Assembly (NCBI RefSeq): GCF_001194135.2
Contig: NC_068990.1
Span: 25,328,740 to 25,392,739 of the forward strand
Reading direction: 5' to 3'
DNA from: Octopus bimaculoides
Taxonomy: Eukaryota
Length of the DNA: 64,000 nt
Made by a program: the position numbers and the translations under genes. The notes under the pieces are model-generated. The model did not search any database. It worked only from the letters and a program-made list of their open reading frames with translations, and was not told where the DNA came from. Positions 24,171 to 37,024 of this stretch are shown in pieces (positions within the stretch are counted from its first letter, which is position 1; every line of letters starts with the position of its first letter).

Positions 24171-24464
24171 ACCATTGAAAGGTGTAATGCTGTGCGATCA
24201 TGTCTATGAAGAAATTTTCTCTCGGGTAAAACCACAGCATTATGCAACACATGAGCACTGAGGGTGTTGCTGTACTCCATCTCTGAATGCAGGAGTTGAT
24301 GTTCCATCAGATGGTGAAACAGCTCTGTAGGTGTTTTGGCCTCTTCAACTATGACACCAGAGCTGCCTGGGGCCAGCTGCCAATATAGGCTACAAAACTC
24401 CTTCATAAATTCACAATAGTGTCCAGCTTCCTTGGCCACAGTGTATGTGCTCTTTAGTTTGTTG
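24171..24464 (-). pseudogene. Open ~97-codon segment, probably a decayed RLE-type LINE zinc-knuckle region
   Basis: HVLHNAVVLPERKFLHRHDRTALHL resembles EYIHRHDRAGTYIHW and EYLNRHDCAAQYIH in the Dong/R4 fragments of this window. It also ends at ATG/gtatgt, so an exon cannot be excluded. Confidence 0.35.
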
Positions 24465-25199
24465 CTGTTTCATGTGCTCTTTGCTGACACTACATCTATA
24501 ACAAGGAGCCATAACAACACATATACATTAACAAAACTAGACAGAAAAACATTAACTGAATTCACAAAAATCTTCAAAAGAATTGTAGAAGAATGAATAC
24601 AAAATCTATATTATTAATTGTTGAATGTAAGACGAACTTCAACATAGAAATGTGTAGCTTAGCAACAAATTGACACCAGGCACTGTGATCATACTATTGT
24701 TCAAGGAAAACTGACATCAACAATAAGAAGAAAACAAATTTAAAGCTTGTTGATACCGAAAGAGAAACTGATATATCATTGTTACCATGGCAATTACATA
24801 ATAAACCAACCAAAACATCCATTAATAATGTCATGTCAAACAAGAGTTGAGTCCAGAAAGTTCTTGAAGCATCTAAGTACCTCAGGATGTTATTGTTGCA
24901 AAGAAAGCATAAAACACACCATGAAAATTATCCTCAAGAGTTGTTTCAAATTTTGGTACAAAGTCAGCAATTTTAAGAGGAGGAGGTAAGTTGATTATGT
25001 TGGTCCAAGTACATGACTGGTATTTTATTTCAATGATCTCCCAAAAGTATGAAAGATAAAGTTGATCGTGGCAGGATATGAACTCAGAATGTAAAGTGCC
25101 TAACAAAATACTGCTAAGCATTTTTATCCGACACCAATGACTCTGTCAGCTTGACACCCTTAATAATAATAATGATGGTGGTGGTGTATGTAAACCCAT

Positions 25200-26200
25200 G
25201 CTAGAACTGCTGCCTCAGATATTCTTACTGACAAATGGCAAGGAAAATCTCTCAATGGCTAACACCCAAAGAGAGCTAATAGTGCCAATGTTGACAAATC
25301 CATTACCCATCAATGGTTAGTGTCTTCTAGCTTAAAATTAGAAACAGAAGGGTTTATCATAACAGCCCAAGATCAATGCCTACCTACAAGAAAGTACCAG
25401 GCCAACTTATTAAAGAACGGCTGTAGCCCAACATGTTGTGTATGTCAACAACAAAATGAAACTACTGATCATGTTGTCTCCAAGTGCAGTCTTCTTGCAC
25501 CTACAGAGTATCTCAACAGGCATGATTGTGCAGCACAATACATTCATGGGTAATTTGCAAAAACCTGGACCTGCCCCATGATAAAAACTAGTGGGAACAC
25601 AAACCACCCCCAGTACTTGAAAATGATCACATCTCACTCCTCTGGAACTTCACCATTCAAACTGACAGAAAGATAGATGCGAATAGACCAGACATTATAT
25701 TGAAAGACTTCAGACAAAAATCATGCCCCTTCATTGATATGACTGTCCCAATCGACATAAACGTATCTGTCAAGACCTACCAAAAACTGAGCAATTAAAA
25801 AGATCTTGTAATAGAAATTGGCAAAATGTGGAACTTCAAGACTAAAACAATACCTGTTGTTATAGGTGCCCTAGGAATGATAGTAAAAGGGGCTGATTGC
25901 TACCTAGATCAGATACCAGGAAACCCCAAAATGGCAGAAATTCAAAAGATAGTGCTCATGGGAACTGCCCATATCCTATGTAAAATACTGTCTATGTAAT
26001 CCCAAATTTTAAAACAAACGCATAATTTTCTTATGTCTTCTTAAACATTCTCTAGAACAATATCCTGTTCAAAACCAAATATATGTCACCCTAGGCATAA
26101 CACCAACATGAACTTTTTACATGTTGTCTCTTGAGATCTCTGGGTGAGACTTGGAGTCGACTTGTACAAATACAAAGCAAAAGTCAAACATATAATAACA
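25200..26200 (+). mobile_element. R4/Dong-clade non-LTR retrotransposon 3' fragment (zinc knuckle, restriction-like endonuclease, 3' UTR), subfamily A
   Basis: LKLETEGFIITAQDQCLPTR...CCVCQQQNETTDHVVSKC...RHD...NRPDIILKD...IDMTVP...KDLVIEIGKMW...IPVVIGALG...ILSM*; it has scattered stops and (TAA)n flanks. Confidence 0.9.
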
Positions 26201-27147
26201 ATAATAATAATAACTGTTTCAAATTTTGGCATAAGGTTAGCAATTTTTAGAGGGGATAAGGTCAGTTGATTACATGAACCTCAGTATTTGACTGGTACTT
26301 TATTTCCCCCAAGAGATGAAAGGCAAGTTGACCTTGGTGGGATTTCAACTCAGAATATAAAGAATTGAAACAAATCTTGCGAAGCATTTTCTCCAACACT
26401 CTAATCATTCTGCCAGCTCACTACCTTTGCCCTAGATAATAATAACAACAATAATGGCAATAATAATAATTCTTTCTATTCTAGGCACAATGTCTGAAAC
26501 TTGCAGGTGGGGGATAGTCAATTACACCGACCCCAGTGCTCAACTGGTACTTATTTTATCGACCCCGAAAGGATGAAAGGCAAAGCTAACCTCAACAGAA
26601 TTTGAACTCAGAATGTAAGGACAGACGAAATACCGCTAAGCATTTCACCCGGTATGCCAATGTTTCTGCCAGTTCACTGCCATAATGATTAAATCAGCAA
26701 GCTATATCATCTGCTAAACATTTTCATTGATATTTACTGGGTTAATTTAGCTGACAGGTTGACTGGCTGGCGTGACTGTTGGCTAGTAATTTTCTTCCAC
26801 CACTTCACTATCAGACATTAAAACCTTCCATTTTAAACACAAATGGACTGCATTACATTCAACAAAATCTTTGCTTCATTGCTACAATATGATGTTGCCT
26901 TTAAAAAACAGCTAGAATATTTGATAACAAGTCACATTGCAAGTGAAGAACGCCTCATCATTTCACTGTTTTCTTTTCTTGTTCTTTGAATGCTTGTCTC
27001 AAAAGTTCTTTGTTATCATAACATGAAACAAGAAGAAGCTGGGTTAATTATTGAGTCTTGTATTACAAATCGACAATTTGAATGAGATAAGTATCAACCT
27101 CCACACAAATTCATCTCACACATATGCATATGTGTATGTCTCTGTGT

Positions 27148-27188
<41 letters not shown>

Positions 27189-28443
27189 CTTCATCATCAT
27201 TATCATCATCGTTTAACATCCATTTTCCATGCTGGTACTCTCTCTCTTTCTCTTTCATTTCCTCTGTGTCCCTCATCCCTCCCACTTTTAACTTGACAAT
27301 GTTTGTATCTATGTATTAACTTTTCTTTCGGTCTATTTATCTACTTTTCTTGCAATGTAATAAACATTTAAAAACACAAAACGAACGCCATCACCACTCA
27401 CTGTTTCTTTCACTCTCTTTCTCTCTCACTCTCTCTCTTACTTCCTCTCTGTCCTCCTCTCTCTCACTTTGCTATTCATTTCTTTCTTTGAAGTAAGTGT
27501 GACACACACCACAGGTGCTTACAAAAAGAACAAGTTGGTATATTAATATTATTGATTATAAAATTTTGGATTTGCCATTTATTGGCTTTTACTTGTTGGC
27601 ACCTATATCATTGTTGTTATTATTCATTTTTAATAATAATATCTATATAAATATTTTTGAATATTTATTCATTTAGTACATATACATATATGCATTTCCA
27701 ATAAAATTCCTGAAATCTTCGGTCTTAAGAACATACATATATAAGATTGATAATAAAACCAAGCAATTGAGGGAAATACAAAAACAGACTTGGGTATCCT
27801 GAGTAAGGGAACAAATTTGTAAATACTTTAAAAGTAATTTATTAAATCTCGTTATTACAGATGTCTTTTTCAATTGCTGAAAAGCATAAATATTTGAAGT
27901 TATTTTGACAGTATATATACTATCATCATTTAACGTCTGTTTTCTATGCTGGTATGGGTTGGATGGTTTGACAGGATCTGGCAAGCCATAAGGCTGTGCC
28001 AAGCACCAATGTCAACTTTAGCGTAATTTCTACAGCTGGATGCCCTTCTTAACACTAACCATTTTACAGAGTTTGCTGGGTACCTTTTTGTGTCACTGGT
28101 ACTAGTGAATTTGCCAGTTAACTTGTAAGACAAGAAAGAACAGAAAAAAGGGAAAAGTCCCCTCAACTGAGTGAAGTGGGGGTTGTATGTTAGGTGTTGA
28201 GAGACTAAAGTATGATATAGGGACAAGCTCAGGTGCCATGCTATAGAACAGACACAAGGTTACCTTTCATTATATAGGAGTGAGTAAATGTGTATGTGTG
28301 TAGGCATACATCTCAAAAGGTGTTTTGAACTAGCAATTACTTTCAAATATATTCTTTTATAAGAACCATTTTCTTTTATTTTTATGATGTTAGTTAGACT
28401 GTTCACCAATTAAAAAAAAAAAGAAATCTCTAATAATTTCTTA

Positions 28444-28748
28444 GAGTGGTTCCCAAACTTTCAGGCTGGTGCCCCCTTGACACCCTGGCCACACTCCTAG
28501 TGCCCCCACCCCAACTAACCATCACAAACATAGACCTCTTTCTGAAGCAAATTCAGAGCAACTGTATTTCACAAATAAAACTTAACCTAATGAACCCATT
28601 ATTTTGTTTTTACATGAATATCTAACCCATTATCACCCCACTTTTTACATGACTCCCTACCCCATTATTGCCCCACTTTTCTACAATACCACCTTGGAAC
28701 TTTCCACTGCCCCCAGGGGGGCAATACTGCCCACTTTGGGAACCACTG
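28444..28748. mobile_element. hAT-like MITE
   Basis: TIR (g)agtggttcccaaa / tttgggaaccactg; no intact TSD seen. Confidence 0.7.
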
Positions 28749-29943
28749 TAATATAGGCACAATGCTAGAAATTTTGAGGGGAGGGGCTAGTCGATTGCAT
28801 CAACCCCAGTGCTCAACAGGTAATTATTATATCAACCCTGAAAGGATGAAAGGCAAATCTGACCTCAGCAGCATATAATCTCAGAATGTGAAGACGGATG
28901 AAATGCTGCTAAGAGTTTTTTGGCCTAGTATGTTAACAATTCTGCCAGTTTCTTGCCTCAGAAATCTGTAAAGATGATATTTAAATAAGTGACATTTAAC
29001 AGATTTACATATTTGTTTCACTTAGGGTTTCCAAGTCTATATCTCTTTGGATTGTTTTGGTTTCATCATACATCCCACAGATATAAGTACCTGAAACCAA
29101 AGCCTGCTAAATTCCAAAATCCATCAACATTTCTAGACTTTCTGTCTCACTTTCAGATAGATACACTGGAAGATGACAAAAAGATTAAAGGAAGACTGAG
29201 ATAGTACTATGGTTGATGGTATCAAATTACCCCCTCCCCTCAAAATTACTAGTCTTGTGATAAAATTTGAAACCATGGTTGTTCTTATCAAGGCAGTGAG
29301 CTGGCTGAATCATTAGAGTATTAGAAAAGATATTTTATGGATCTTTACTCTCCGAGTTCAAATTCTACCAAAGTTAATTTTACTTTTCATCCTTTCGGGG
29401 CTCATTAAAATAAGGTACTAGTGATACACTGGAGTTGATATTATTAACTAAACCATCTCCTGTTGAAATTGGTGGTCTTGTGCTTAAATGAGAAACCAAA
29501 AAAGGCAAGCTGATAGAATCGTTAGCTCGTTGAACACAATGCTTAGCTGCATTTCTTCTGGATCTTTTCATTCTGAGTTCAAATCTCGGCAAGGTTAGTT
29601 CTGCCTCAGGATCAATGAAATATTGTATCAGTCAAATACTGGGGCCAATGCAACTGATTGACCACCCATCCCTCTACAATTACTTACTTTGTGCTTATAA
29701 CAGAAAGGATCATCATCATCATCATCATCAAGGTGGTGAACTGGAAGAATTGTTAGCACACCGGACAGAATGTCTCGCAGCATTTCGTGTGTGTTTATGC
29801 TATCAGTTCAAATTCCGCTGAGGTTTACTTTGCCTTTCATCCTTTCAGGGTCAACAAAATAAGTACCTGTCAAATTGGTGTCCATATAATCAGCTTACCC
29901 CATCCCCCAAAACTTCTGGCCTTATGCGTAAATTTGAAATCAT

Positions 29944-31226
29944 GGAACGAAAACGAGGTTCCGGATCGAAAACGAGGCTCCGGAACGAAAACGAGGCTCT
30001 GAATCGAAAACGAGGCTCTGGATCGAAAACGAGGCTCTGGAACGAAAACGAGGCTCTGAAACGAAAACGAGGCCCGAACAACCCGAAAAAACTGAACAAG
30101 CCGAACAATCCGAACAAGCTGAACAACCCAAACAAGCTGAACAACCCGAACAACTCGAACAACCCGAACGAGCCGAACAACCCNNNNNNNNNNNNNNNNN
30201 NNNNNNNNNNNNNNNNNNNNNNNNNNNNNNNNNNNNNNNNNNNNNNNNNNNNNNNNNNNNNNNNNNNNNNNNNNNNNNNNNNNNNNNNNNNNNNNNNNNN
30301 NNNNNNNNNNNNNNNNNNNNNNNNNNNNNNNNNNNNNNNNNNNNNNNNNNNNNNNNNNNNNNNNNNNNNNNNNNNNNNNNNNNNNNNNNNNNNNNNNNNN
30401 NNNNNNNNNNNNNNNNNNNNNNNNNNNNNNNNNNNNNNNNNNNNNNNNNNNNNNNNNNNNNNNNNNNNNNNNNNNNNNNNNNNNNNNNNNNNNNNNNNNN
30501 NNNNNNNNNNNNNNNNNNNNNNNNNNNNNNNNNNNNNNNNNNNNNNNNNNNNNNNNNNNNNNNNNNNNNNNNNNNNNNNNNNNNNNNNNNNNNNNNNNNN
30601 NNNNNNNNNNNNNNNNNNNNNNNNNNNNNNNNNNNNNNNNNNNNNNNNNNNNNNNNNNNNNNNNNNNNNNNNNNNNNNNNNNNNNNNNNNNNNNNNNNNN
30701 NNNNNNNNNNNNNNNNNNNNNNNNNNNNNNNNNNNNNNNNNNNNNNNNNNNNNNNNNNNNNNNNNNNNNNNNNNNNNNNNNNNNNNNNNNNNNNNNNNNN
30801 NNNNNNNNNNNNNNNNNNNNNNNNNNNNNNNNNNNNNNNNNNNNNNNNNNNNNNNNNNNNNNNNNNNNNNNNNNNNNNNNNNNNNNNNNNNNNNNNNNNN
30901 NNNNNNNNNNNNNNNNNNNNNNNNNNNNNNNNNNNNNNNNNNNNNNNNNNNNNNNNNNNNNNNNNNNNNNNNNNNNNNNNNNNNNNNNNNNNNNNNNNNN
31001 NNNNNNNNNNNNNNNNNNNNNNNNNNNNNNNNNNNNNNNNNNNNNNNNNNNNNNNNNNNNCGGAACGAAAACGAGGCTCTGAATCGAAAACGAGGCTCTG
31101 GATCGAAAACGAGGCTCTTAAACGAAAACGAGGCCCGAACAACCCGAACAACCCGAGCAAGCCGAACAAGCCGAACAACCAGAACAACCCAAACAAACCG
31201 AACAAGCCGAACAACCCGAACAAGCT
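29944..31226. repeat. Composite CpG-rich satellite: 19-bp units followed by 9-bp units, repeated across an 877-nt gap
   Basis: Seven G(G/A)A(A/T)CGAAAACGAGGCTCT-type units (29944-30075) are followed by twelve GAACAA(C/G)CC-type units (30076-30183). After the gap come four 19-mers (31061-31136) and ten 9-mers (31137-31226). Confidence 0.95.
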
Positions 31227-31314
31227 GAAGCCGAAGGTAGAAAGAATCGTCGTCGTCGTAGTCGTGGTGGTGGTGGTGGTGGTGGTGGTGGAGGAGGAGG
31301 AGGAGGAGGGAGAG

Positions 31315-31810
31315 AGCAGTGCATGTCATCAAAGTGACACTGGGGTAAAATATACGAAGCTCAATATACTCATCATGAATACCCGTGTGATAAGGGTACA
31401 CCAGGCACATGCATTACGACCGTATGTGCACAACATTTATCTCCTGTCAAGATAAACAGTGCATCATCCTTCTCAAATGATCCTTGAATAAGGGTTATTT
31501 AAGGATGTTGAACGAAACATCCATATTTCCAGAGGTAAATTATTCAAACCCCAAAGAATTCTTCTCAACACATGGCTATGATGCTCCCCCACTACTTCTG
31601 CTCATGATCAGAGATGCACATATCGTCAGCCACTAAAGGACATGCTCAACTGGTTATGGTCAAACAACTGACAAGCAAATCTGTGGTAATGAGCAGAATA
31701 TTTGCTGTAGCCCATCTTTTACACCAAGACAAAACATGTTCACGATAACACTTCCAATCAGTTAAGATCAGAAGCCATGAGAGCCAGTACCTAGCACTGT
31801 ATTGGGGCAT
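31315..31810 (-). mobile_element. Interspersed repeat, possibly the 5' region of a TAA-targeting LINE
   Basis: On the minus strand it begins right after a short (TAA)n that closes a Dong 3' UTR. I recall it as a common cephalopod repeat, but there is only one copy in this window. Confidence 0.5.
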
Positions 31811-31814
31811 TTAT

Positions 31815-32050
31815 TATTATATGTTTGACTTTTGCTTTGTATTTATACAAGTTGACTCCAAGTCTCACCCAGAGACCTCAAGAGACAACAAGTTAGAAGT
31901 TCATTTTGGTATTATGCCTAGGATGTCATATATTTGGTTTTGCACATAGTATTGTTCTAGAGAAGGTTTAAGAAAACAAGAAAATTATAAGTTTGTTTTA
32001 AAATTTGAGATTACATAGACATTATTTATGTAGGATATGGGCAGTTATTA
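31815..32050 (-). mobile_element. R4/Dong subfamily A, extreme 3' end and UTR
   Basis: It is the reverse complement of about 25960-26200 (aactgcccatatccta...gggtgagacttggagtc...aaagtcaaacatataata) and is bounded by (TAA)n on both sides. Confidence 0.85.
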
Positions 32051-32067
32051 TTATTATTATTATTATT

Positions 32068-32098
<31 letters not shown>

Positions 32099-32499
32099 CA
32101 TTATTATAATTATTCACGTGTGTGTCAGTTTTTGGTGAATCTATCTGACTAGGTTTTAAATGAATACAACCAGATTGGAAGTAGTGCCCACACACACACA
32201 CACACACAATTTAGTATGTAACATTACTAAATTGAAGTTTAAATGACATCACACAGCCGTCAGTAAGAAACTAGTAATAAATGACTGAGTTACTTTCAAA
32301 CATTTGGTTACTTTAGGCGTGGTCGCTAAATGCTAGAATTCGGTTATTTTGATTTGTCTATATGTTTATTTTTGTTGTTTTTGTTTTGATTTGTCTGTAT
32401 ATTTGTTTTTGTTGTTTTTATTATATCTATTTATTTATTTGTTTGTGCCCCCTATGCCATTTCTTTCTTGTAGAATTTTTTTCTTTTTTCTTTTTACAG

Positions 32500-32534
32500 A
32501 CGTGACTTATTTACAAAAGTATCAAATTCCTTAG
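32500..32534 (+). other. Candidate 35-nt micro-exon (one open frame: RDLFTKVSNSL)
   Basis: Very strong acceptor ttttttcttttttctttttacag and donor TAG/gtaagc in apparently unique sequence. Confidence 0.45.
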
Positions 32535-32810
32535 GTAAGCCGTTTCCATTATTGTTATAGCGCCTAACATTACCTTTCGTTCTTTGAGAGAAGGAATTTT
32601 GTTTCACAAAAGAATGAAAAGTATAATTATTTCCAAATCTATGTATGGCAGGTTAAAACAGTTAGAAATTTGTGCAATTCTTATTCATCAAAGACTGTTC
32701 TAGTTTTTAGCATTCCTCATCATGAACAGAATCAAAGAGGAAAATATTTATGTATATTCTGTATACTTTTTTCTGTGAACGAAGAATATTTATATAAATA
32801 GATAGGCAGA

Positions 32811-32812
<2 letters not shown>

Positions 32813-32883
<71 letters not shown>

Positions 32884-32942
32884 GTCTGTTTGTCTGTCTG
32901 TCTTATCTATCTGTCTATCTATCTATCTACCTATCTATCTAT
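32813..32942. repeat. (TATC)n/(TGTC)n tetranucleotide microsatellite
   Basis: Directly visible. Confidence 0.95.
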
Positions 32943-33170
32943 GTGTATATATACACACACACATATGCATACATACCTATGTATATATACATATATATTT
33001 AAATATATATATATATATACACACACATATACATAAACACACATACATATATACCTATATATTTATATATATACTTTCAATAATAATAAAGGGTAAAATT
33101 AATTAATTAATTAATTAATAATTAATAATTTTATCAAGTAGTTCTGTATGTTAAAATAACCTTTATCGGT

Positions 33171-33690
33171 AACCTTATACAAAAATTCTATAATTATAAG
33201 CATAATTATAATTAGGGTTCAACAAATTGCTTCACCACATACTGAAATTTAGAAATAGCAGTTAAATACTATTCCTCTACCATAAGATATCTCCCAGACA
33301 GCAATACTCTTAATTCACGTAGGTAAAGAGAAAGAATAACGAATCCACCCGGCTTTGATTAACCACATATGCGTTTCTGAATTAAAGAAATGTAAAATTA
33401 TTATTATTACTCACTTATTTCCTTCTTCAGTGTAGTATTTCAATTGTAAATTTTGAGAGTACTAATAATTAAATACGTATTCGACCAAGTGACATCGAAT
33501 AACTAATATCCAAAAAACGGCACTTCCGTATTTATACAGACATGAATTAAGAGTATTGCAGTCTGGAAAGATATCTTGTGGTAGAGGAATATTATTTAAC
33601 TGCTATTTCTAAATTTCGGTATGTAGTGAAGCAATTTACTGAACCCTAATTATAATTATGCTTATAATTATAGAATTTTTGTATAAGGTT
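33171..33690. repeat. Long inverted repeat: 147/148-bp arms with a 225-bp spacer
   Basis: 33171-33317 versus the reverse complement of 33543-33690 shows about 8 mismatches plus 1 indel by manual alignment. Confidence 0.95.
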
Positions 33691-33899
33691 TCCATTTCTT
33701 GCCAAGTATCTTCCTGACACCTAGGGCACAGAAACACACTGTATACATCAGTAGGTCATTAAAATAAACACACCAGATTGTTCATTTATAAAGTCATATA
33801 ATAGAGAAAAAGGGGAAGAAAGACAGAAATTTTTTTTTTAAATAGAAAATAAAAAGTAAACAGAAAATACAGGGGAAAAAGGGAAAGAAAATTCACAAC

Positions 33900-34415
33900 A
33901 ACAATGCTCTTCTCAGTACATGTGATGTACCAGTTAAGACAATCTTTTGCACTTCCTGCATGGATAGTAAACCAGGGATCATTCTTAAATAATTTTCAGT
34001 TCCTTTTTTGGAAAATGCTGCAGTTGATATTGATATTTTTTGTGGTCAGTACTCCATTAGAGCGGTATAATTGGAGATTCATATTCCACAGTGACATGTT
34101 GTGCTTCAGGAAGATTGAAATCACAGGAGAAATTTTGAAGATATCCAGCAATTTCAAGATCTATGAATGCGGTATGCTGTCGAAGGCCTTTTCATAATCA
34201 GTCCATGCAGAACTGAAATTTCTGTGTTATGACAGTTGTCAAGGATCATGCAATTGGTTAAGAGTTGATCTTTACATCCATATGAGCCTTGTCAGCACCC
34301 TTTTTGTTCAGTGGAGAAAAAATTGTTCTGTTCCATAAGTTTGTATGTTTTCTCCGCGAGGATGGATGTTAAAATTTTATACATGGTAGAGAGACATGTT
34401 ATGGGCTGGTAGTTT
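33900..34415 (-). mobile_element. R4/Dong-clade reverse transcriptase fragment
   Basis: NYQPITCLSTMYKILTSILAEK...EQKGC*QGSYGCKDQLL...AWTDYEKAFDSIPHS*ILKLL is typical of RLE-type LINE RT domains 1-3. Confidence 0.88.
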
Positions 34416-34929
34416 TGGGGAAATTTGGTTTAATTTATTATTATTATCATTATCATTATTATTGAAGGCAGTGAGCTGGCAGAATTATTAGTGTTGGAAA
34501 AAAATGCCTTGCAGTATTTTTTTCTGGCTCTTTATGTGCTGAGTTCAAAACCTGTTTTGGAAGTAGAAATAATAGTCTTGTAAGATGTGGTGAAATGCTC
34601 AACCAAAATATTCTGAGAGTAATTTCACTGAGGTTAACTTTACTTTTACTTATCTGGAATTAATAAAAGGAAATACCATTCATATGCTGAAGTAAGATTC
34701 AATTGCCAATATATCTACAAATGTGTTATCATGTGCTAATGTGAGAAAACAGTATTGTTTTTTTTGTGTGGGAAGATTTGGTGCATATAGTAGAAGGGCA
34801 CACCAAAAGTGGTGTATGTCCATGTTTTATAAATCTGAATTGAAAAATGCCAAGATTGACTTGGAACATTTGAAACAATGAGGGAGCCTTTGAATGGTCT
34901 TGCCGTCTGCCTAAAATAGTTGTAATTCC

Positions 34930-35400
34930 TCAGTTGGACCACTGCCATTGCTCCAATTCATCCTCTGATCCTGGTTGAAGTTCTTCTCATCATAGAGAAC
35001 CCAGAGCATAAAAGGTTTCTCAGAGTACTTAACCTTGTTCAGTAAACACTTTAACCAGATCACACAGTTCTCTCAGATGTTCCTGGATATAAACTGTCCT
35101 CTTCTCTCACACAGGTCTTGTACCTGATGTCTTCATGCACAACATGCCTGCGCTGCTTGGTTATGGCCCTCATCAAGTTCCTGATGATGCCCTGGGCATC
35201 ATTCAGACATCCTGACAATATCTGGCCACTGAGAAAGTTTTATTCTTTTGGCCATAGATGACACCACCCTCACCAGAAGCCTCCAGTTCTTTTCTCACCT
35301 TCAACATGATAGACTTTGCTATATTCAATAAGCTGGCTATTGCTGAGTTGCTATTGTAGTTGGTGGCTAAAGCCAGAAGTACGATGCACTTTACTATTTG
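34930..35400 (-). mobile_element. Decayed Tc1/mariner-superfamily transposase fragment
   Basis: Frameshifted pieces read KVRKELEASG, RHVVHEDIRYK and GQFIS...LLNKVKYSEKPFMLWVLYDEKNFNQDQ; the last is the region of the first catalytic Asp (SDEKNF-like). Confidence 0.75.
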
Positions 35401-35815
35401 GCCATGTTAATGCTGTCTAAATGTCTGTAAGAGAAATGAAGAAGTTGAATTTTATATTCACATTTACCTGACATGCCATAAACCCATGCAAATTATTTAG
35501 GCTGTAAATGTGTTCTATTGTTGTTTTTTTTCTCCATGTCATAGGGTCTTGTCAACTGAAGATAAGGTAAAGCAATTGCTTTGCTGATGACTCCTATTAA
35601 GGTAGAAACTTATATTCACAGCTCTCTTCATTTCTTCAGACAAGAGTCTTTTCCTTTATGACATATCAGTTTTGGAGAATTATTGGTTCTTGATTATTTT
35701 TCCTCACTTGCAGTTGGTACCATTTGCCTCCAAGCGATTAGTCAACCTTCTTTGGATGCAGAGATAATTTCAATAAATCAAAAGTTTATTTTGTATGTTA
35801 TTTATTATACCCTTA

Positions 35816-35849
<34 letters not shown>

Positions 35850-36588
35850 CACTCATACACACACACCACGCATACATACACATTCAAAAAATGCACAGTG
35901 GAACTGGCACATAGGCCCCAGGGCCTGTAGAACCAAGGAAGGGCCCATGAATATATGACAGGCTCTTCCCTTAAGAAAAAATGACAGCCTTTTGAATTTT
36001 GAGAAGAAATCCCCAGGGTTTGAAAGCAGTCTTGTCTTGTTTCACCATACAAATATTTCTCAGAGGCCCTGTATGTATGTATATTTTTTTATGTCTGTGT
36101 GTATGTATGTATGTGTGTATGAATGCATGCATGCATGCACATGTCTGTGTAGTATGTACATCTATACATGTACATATAGTCCTTATATATGTATGTTATT
36201 CTTTGAGATTTAAGGTCTTCTTAATGGCGTTCCAGTGATTTATTGAGTTAAGAGAGTTCCTGGGGTTTGTAAATATGTGATAAAGTTAATTCTCCTGCAT
36301 TTATGTGAACATGTCTCATTAGTGTTTAGATGTGTGTGTGTATGTGCATGCACGTGCATCATTACTTTTCACTTATGTGCCTTTGTAGATGCACACAACT
36401 GTGCGCATAAATCCATTAAGGATCTTCACTGTGCCATCAATGTATTGGATTTGGAGGATGCCCATCAGTATCTTTTGTTCTAAGAAAATCTAAGGATTTC
36501 CCATTTAACATTCACTTTTCCATGCTTGCATGGATTAAATGTAATTTGTTGAGATAGATATACATATATATAGATATATATATGTATC

Positions 36589-36649
<61 letters not shown>

Positions 36650-36902
36650 NNNNNNNNNNNNNNNNNNNNNNNNNNNNNNNNNNNNNNNNNNNNNNNNNNN
36701 NNNNNNNNNNNNNNNNNNNNNNNNNNNNNNNNNNNNNNNNNNNNNNNNNNNNNNNNNNNNNNNNNNNNNNNNNNNNNNNNNNNNNNNNNNNNNNNNNNNN
36801 NNNNNNNNNNTATGTATGTGTATATATATATGTGTGTGTGTATATATGTATGTGTGTATATATATATATATATGTGTGTATATATGTATGTGTGTGTGTA
36901 TG

Positions 36903-36935
<33 letters not shown>

Positions 36936-36949
36936 ATATATATATGCAT

Positions 36950-37024
<75 letters not shown>

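Noticed and set aside
24171-24464. Death-effector-domain plus ankyrin host exon (ELFHHLMEHQLL, RTALHL)
   Set aside because: The resemblance is superficial. The good acceptor gives an in-frame TGA, and the LHRHDR motif is better explained by an RLE-type LINE relic.
29924-31228. 434-aa repetitive protein (RKRGSGSKTRL / NNPNK repeats)
   Set aside because: Satellite DNA open in several frames on both strands. The 19-bp unit is not a multiple of three, and most of the ORF is gap.
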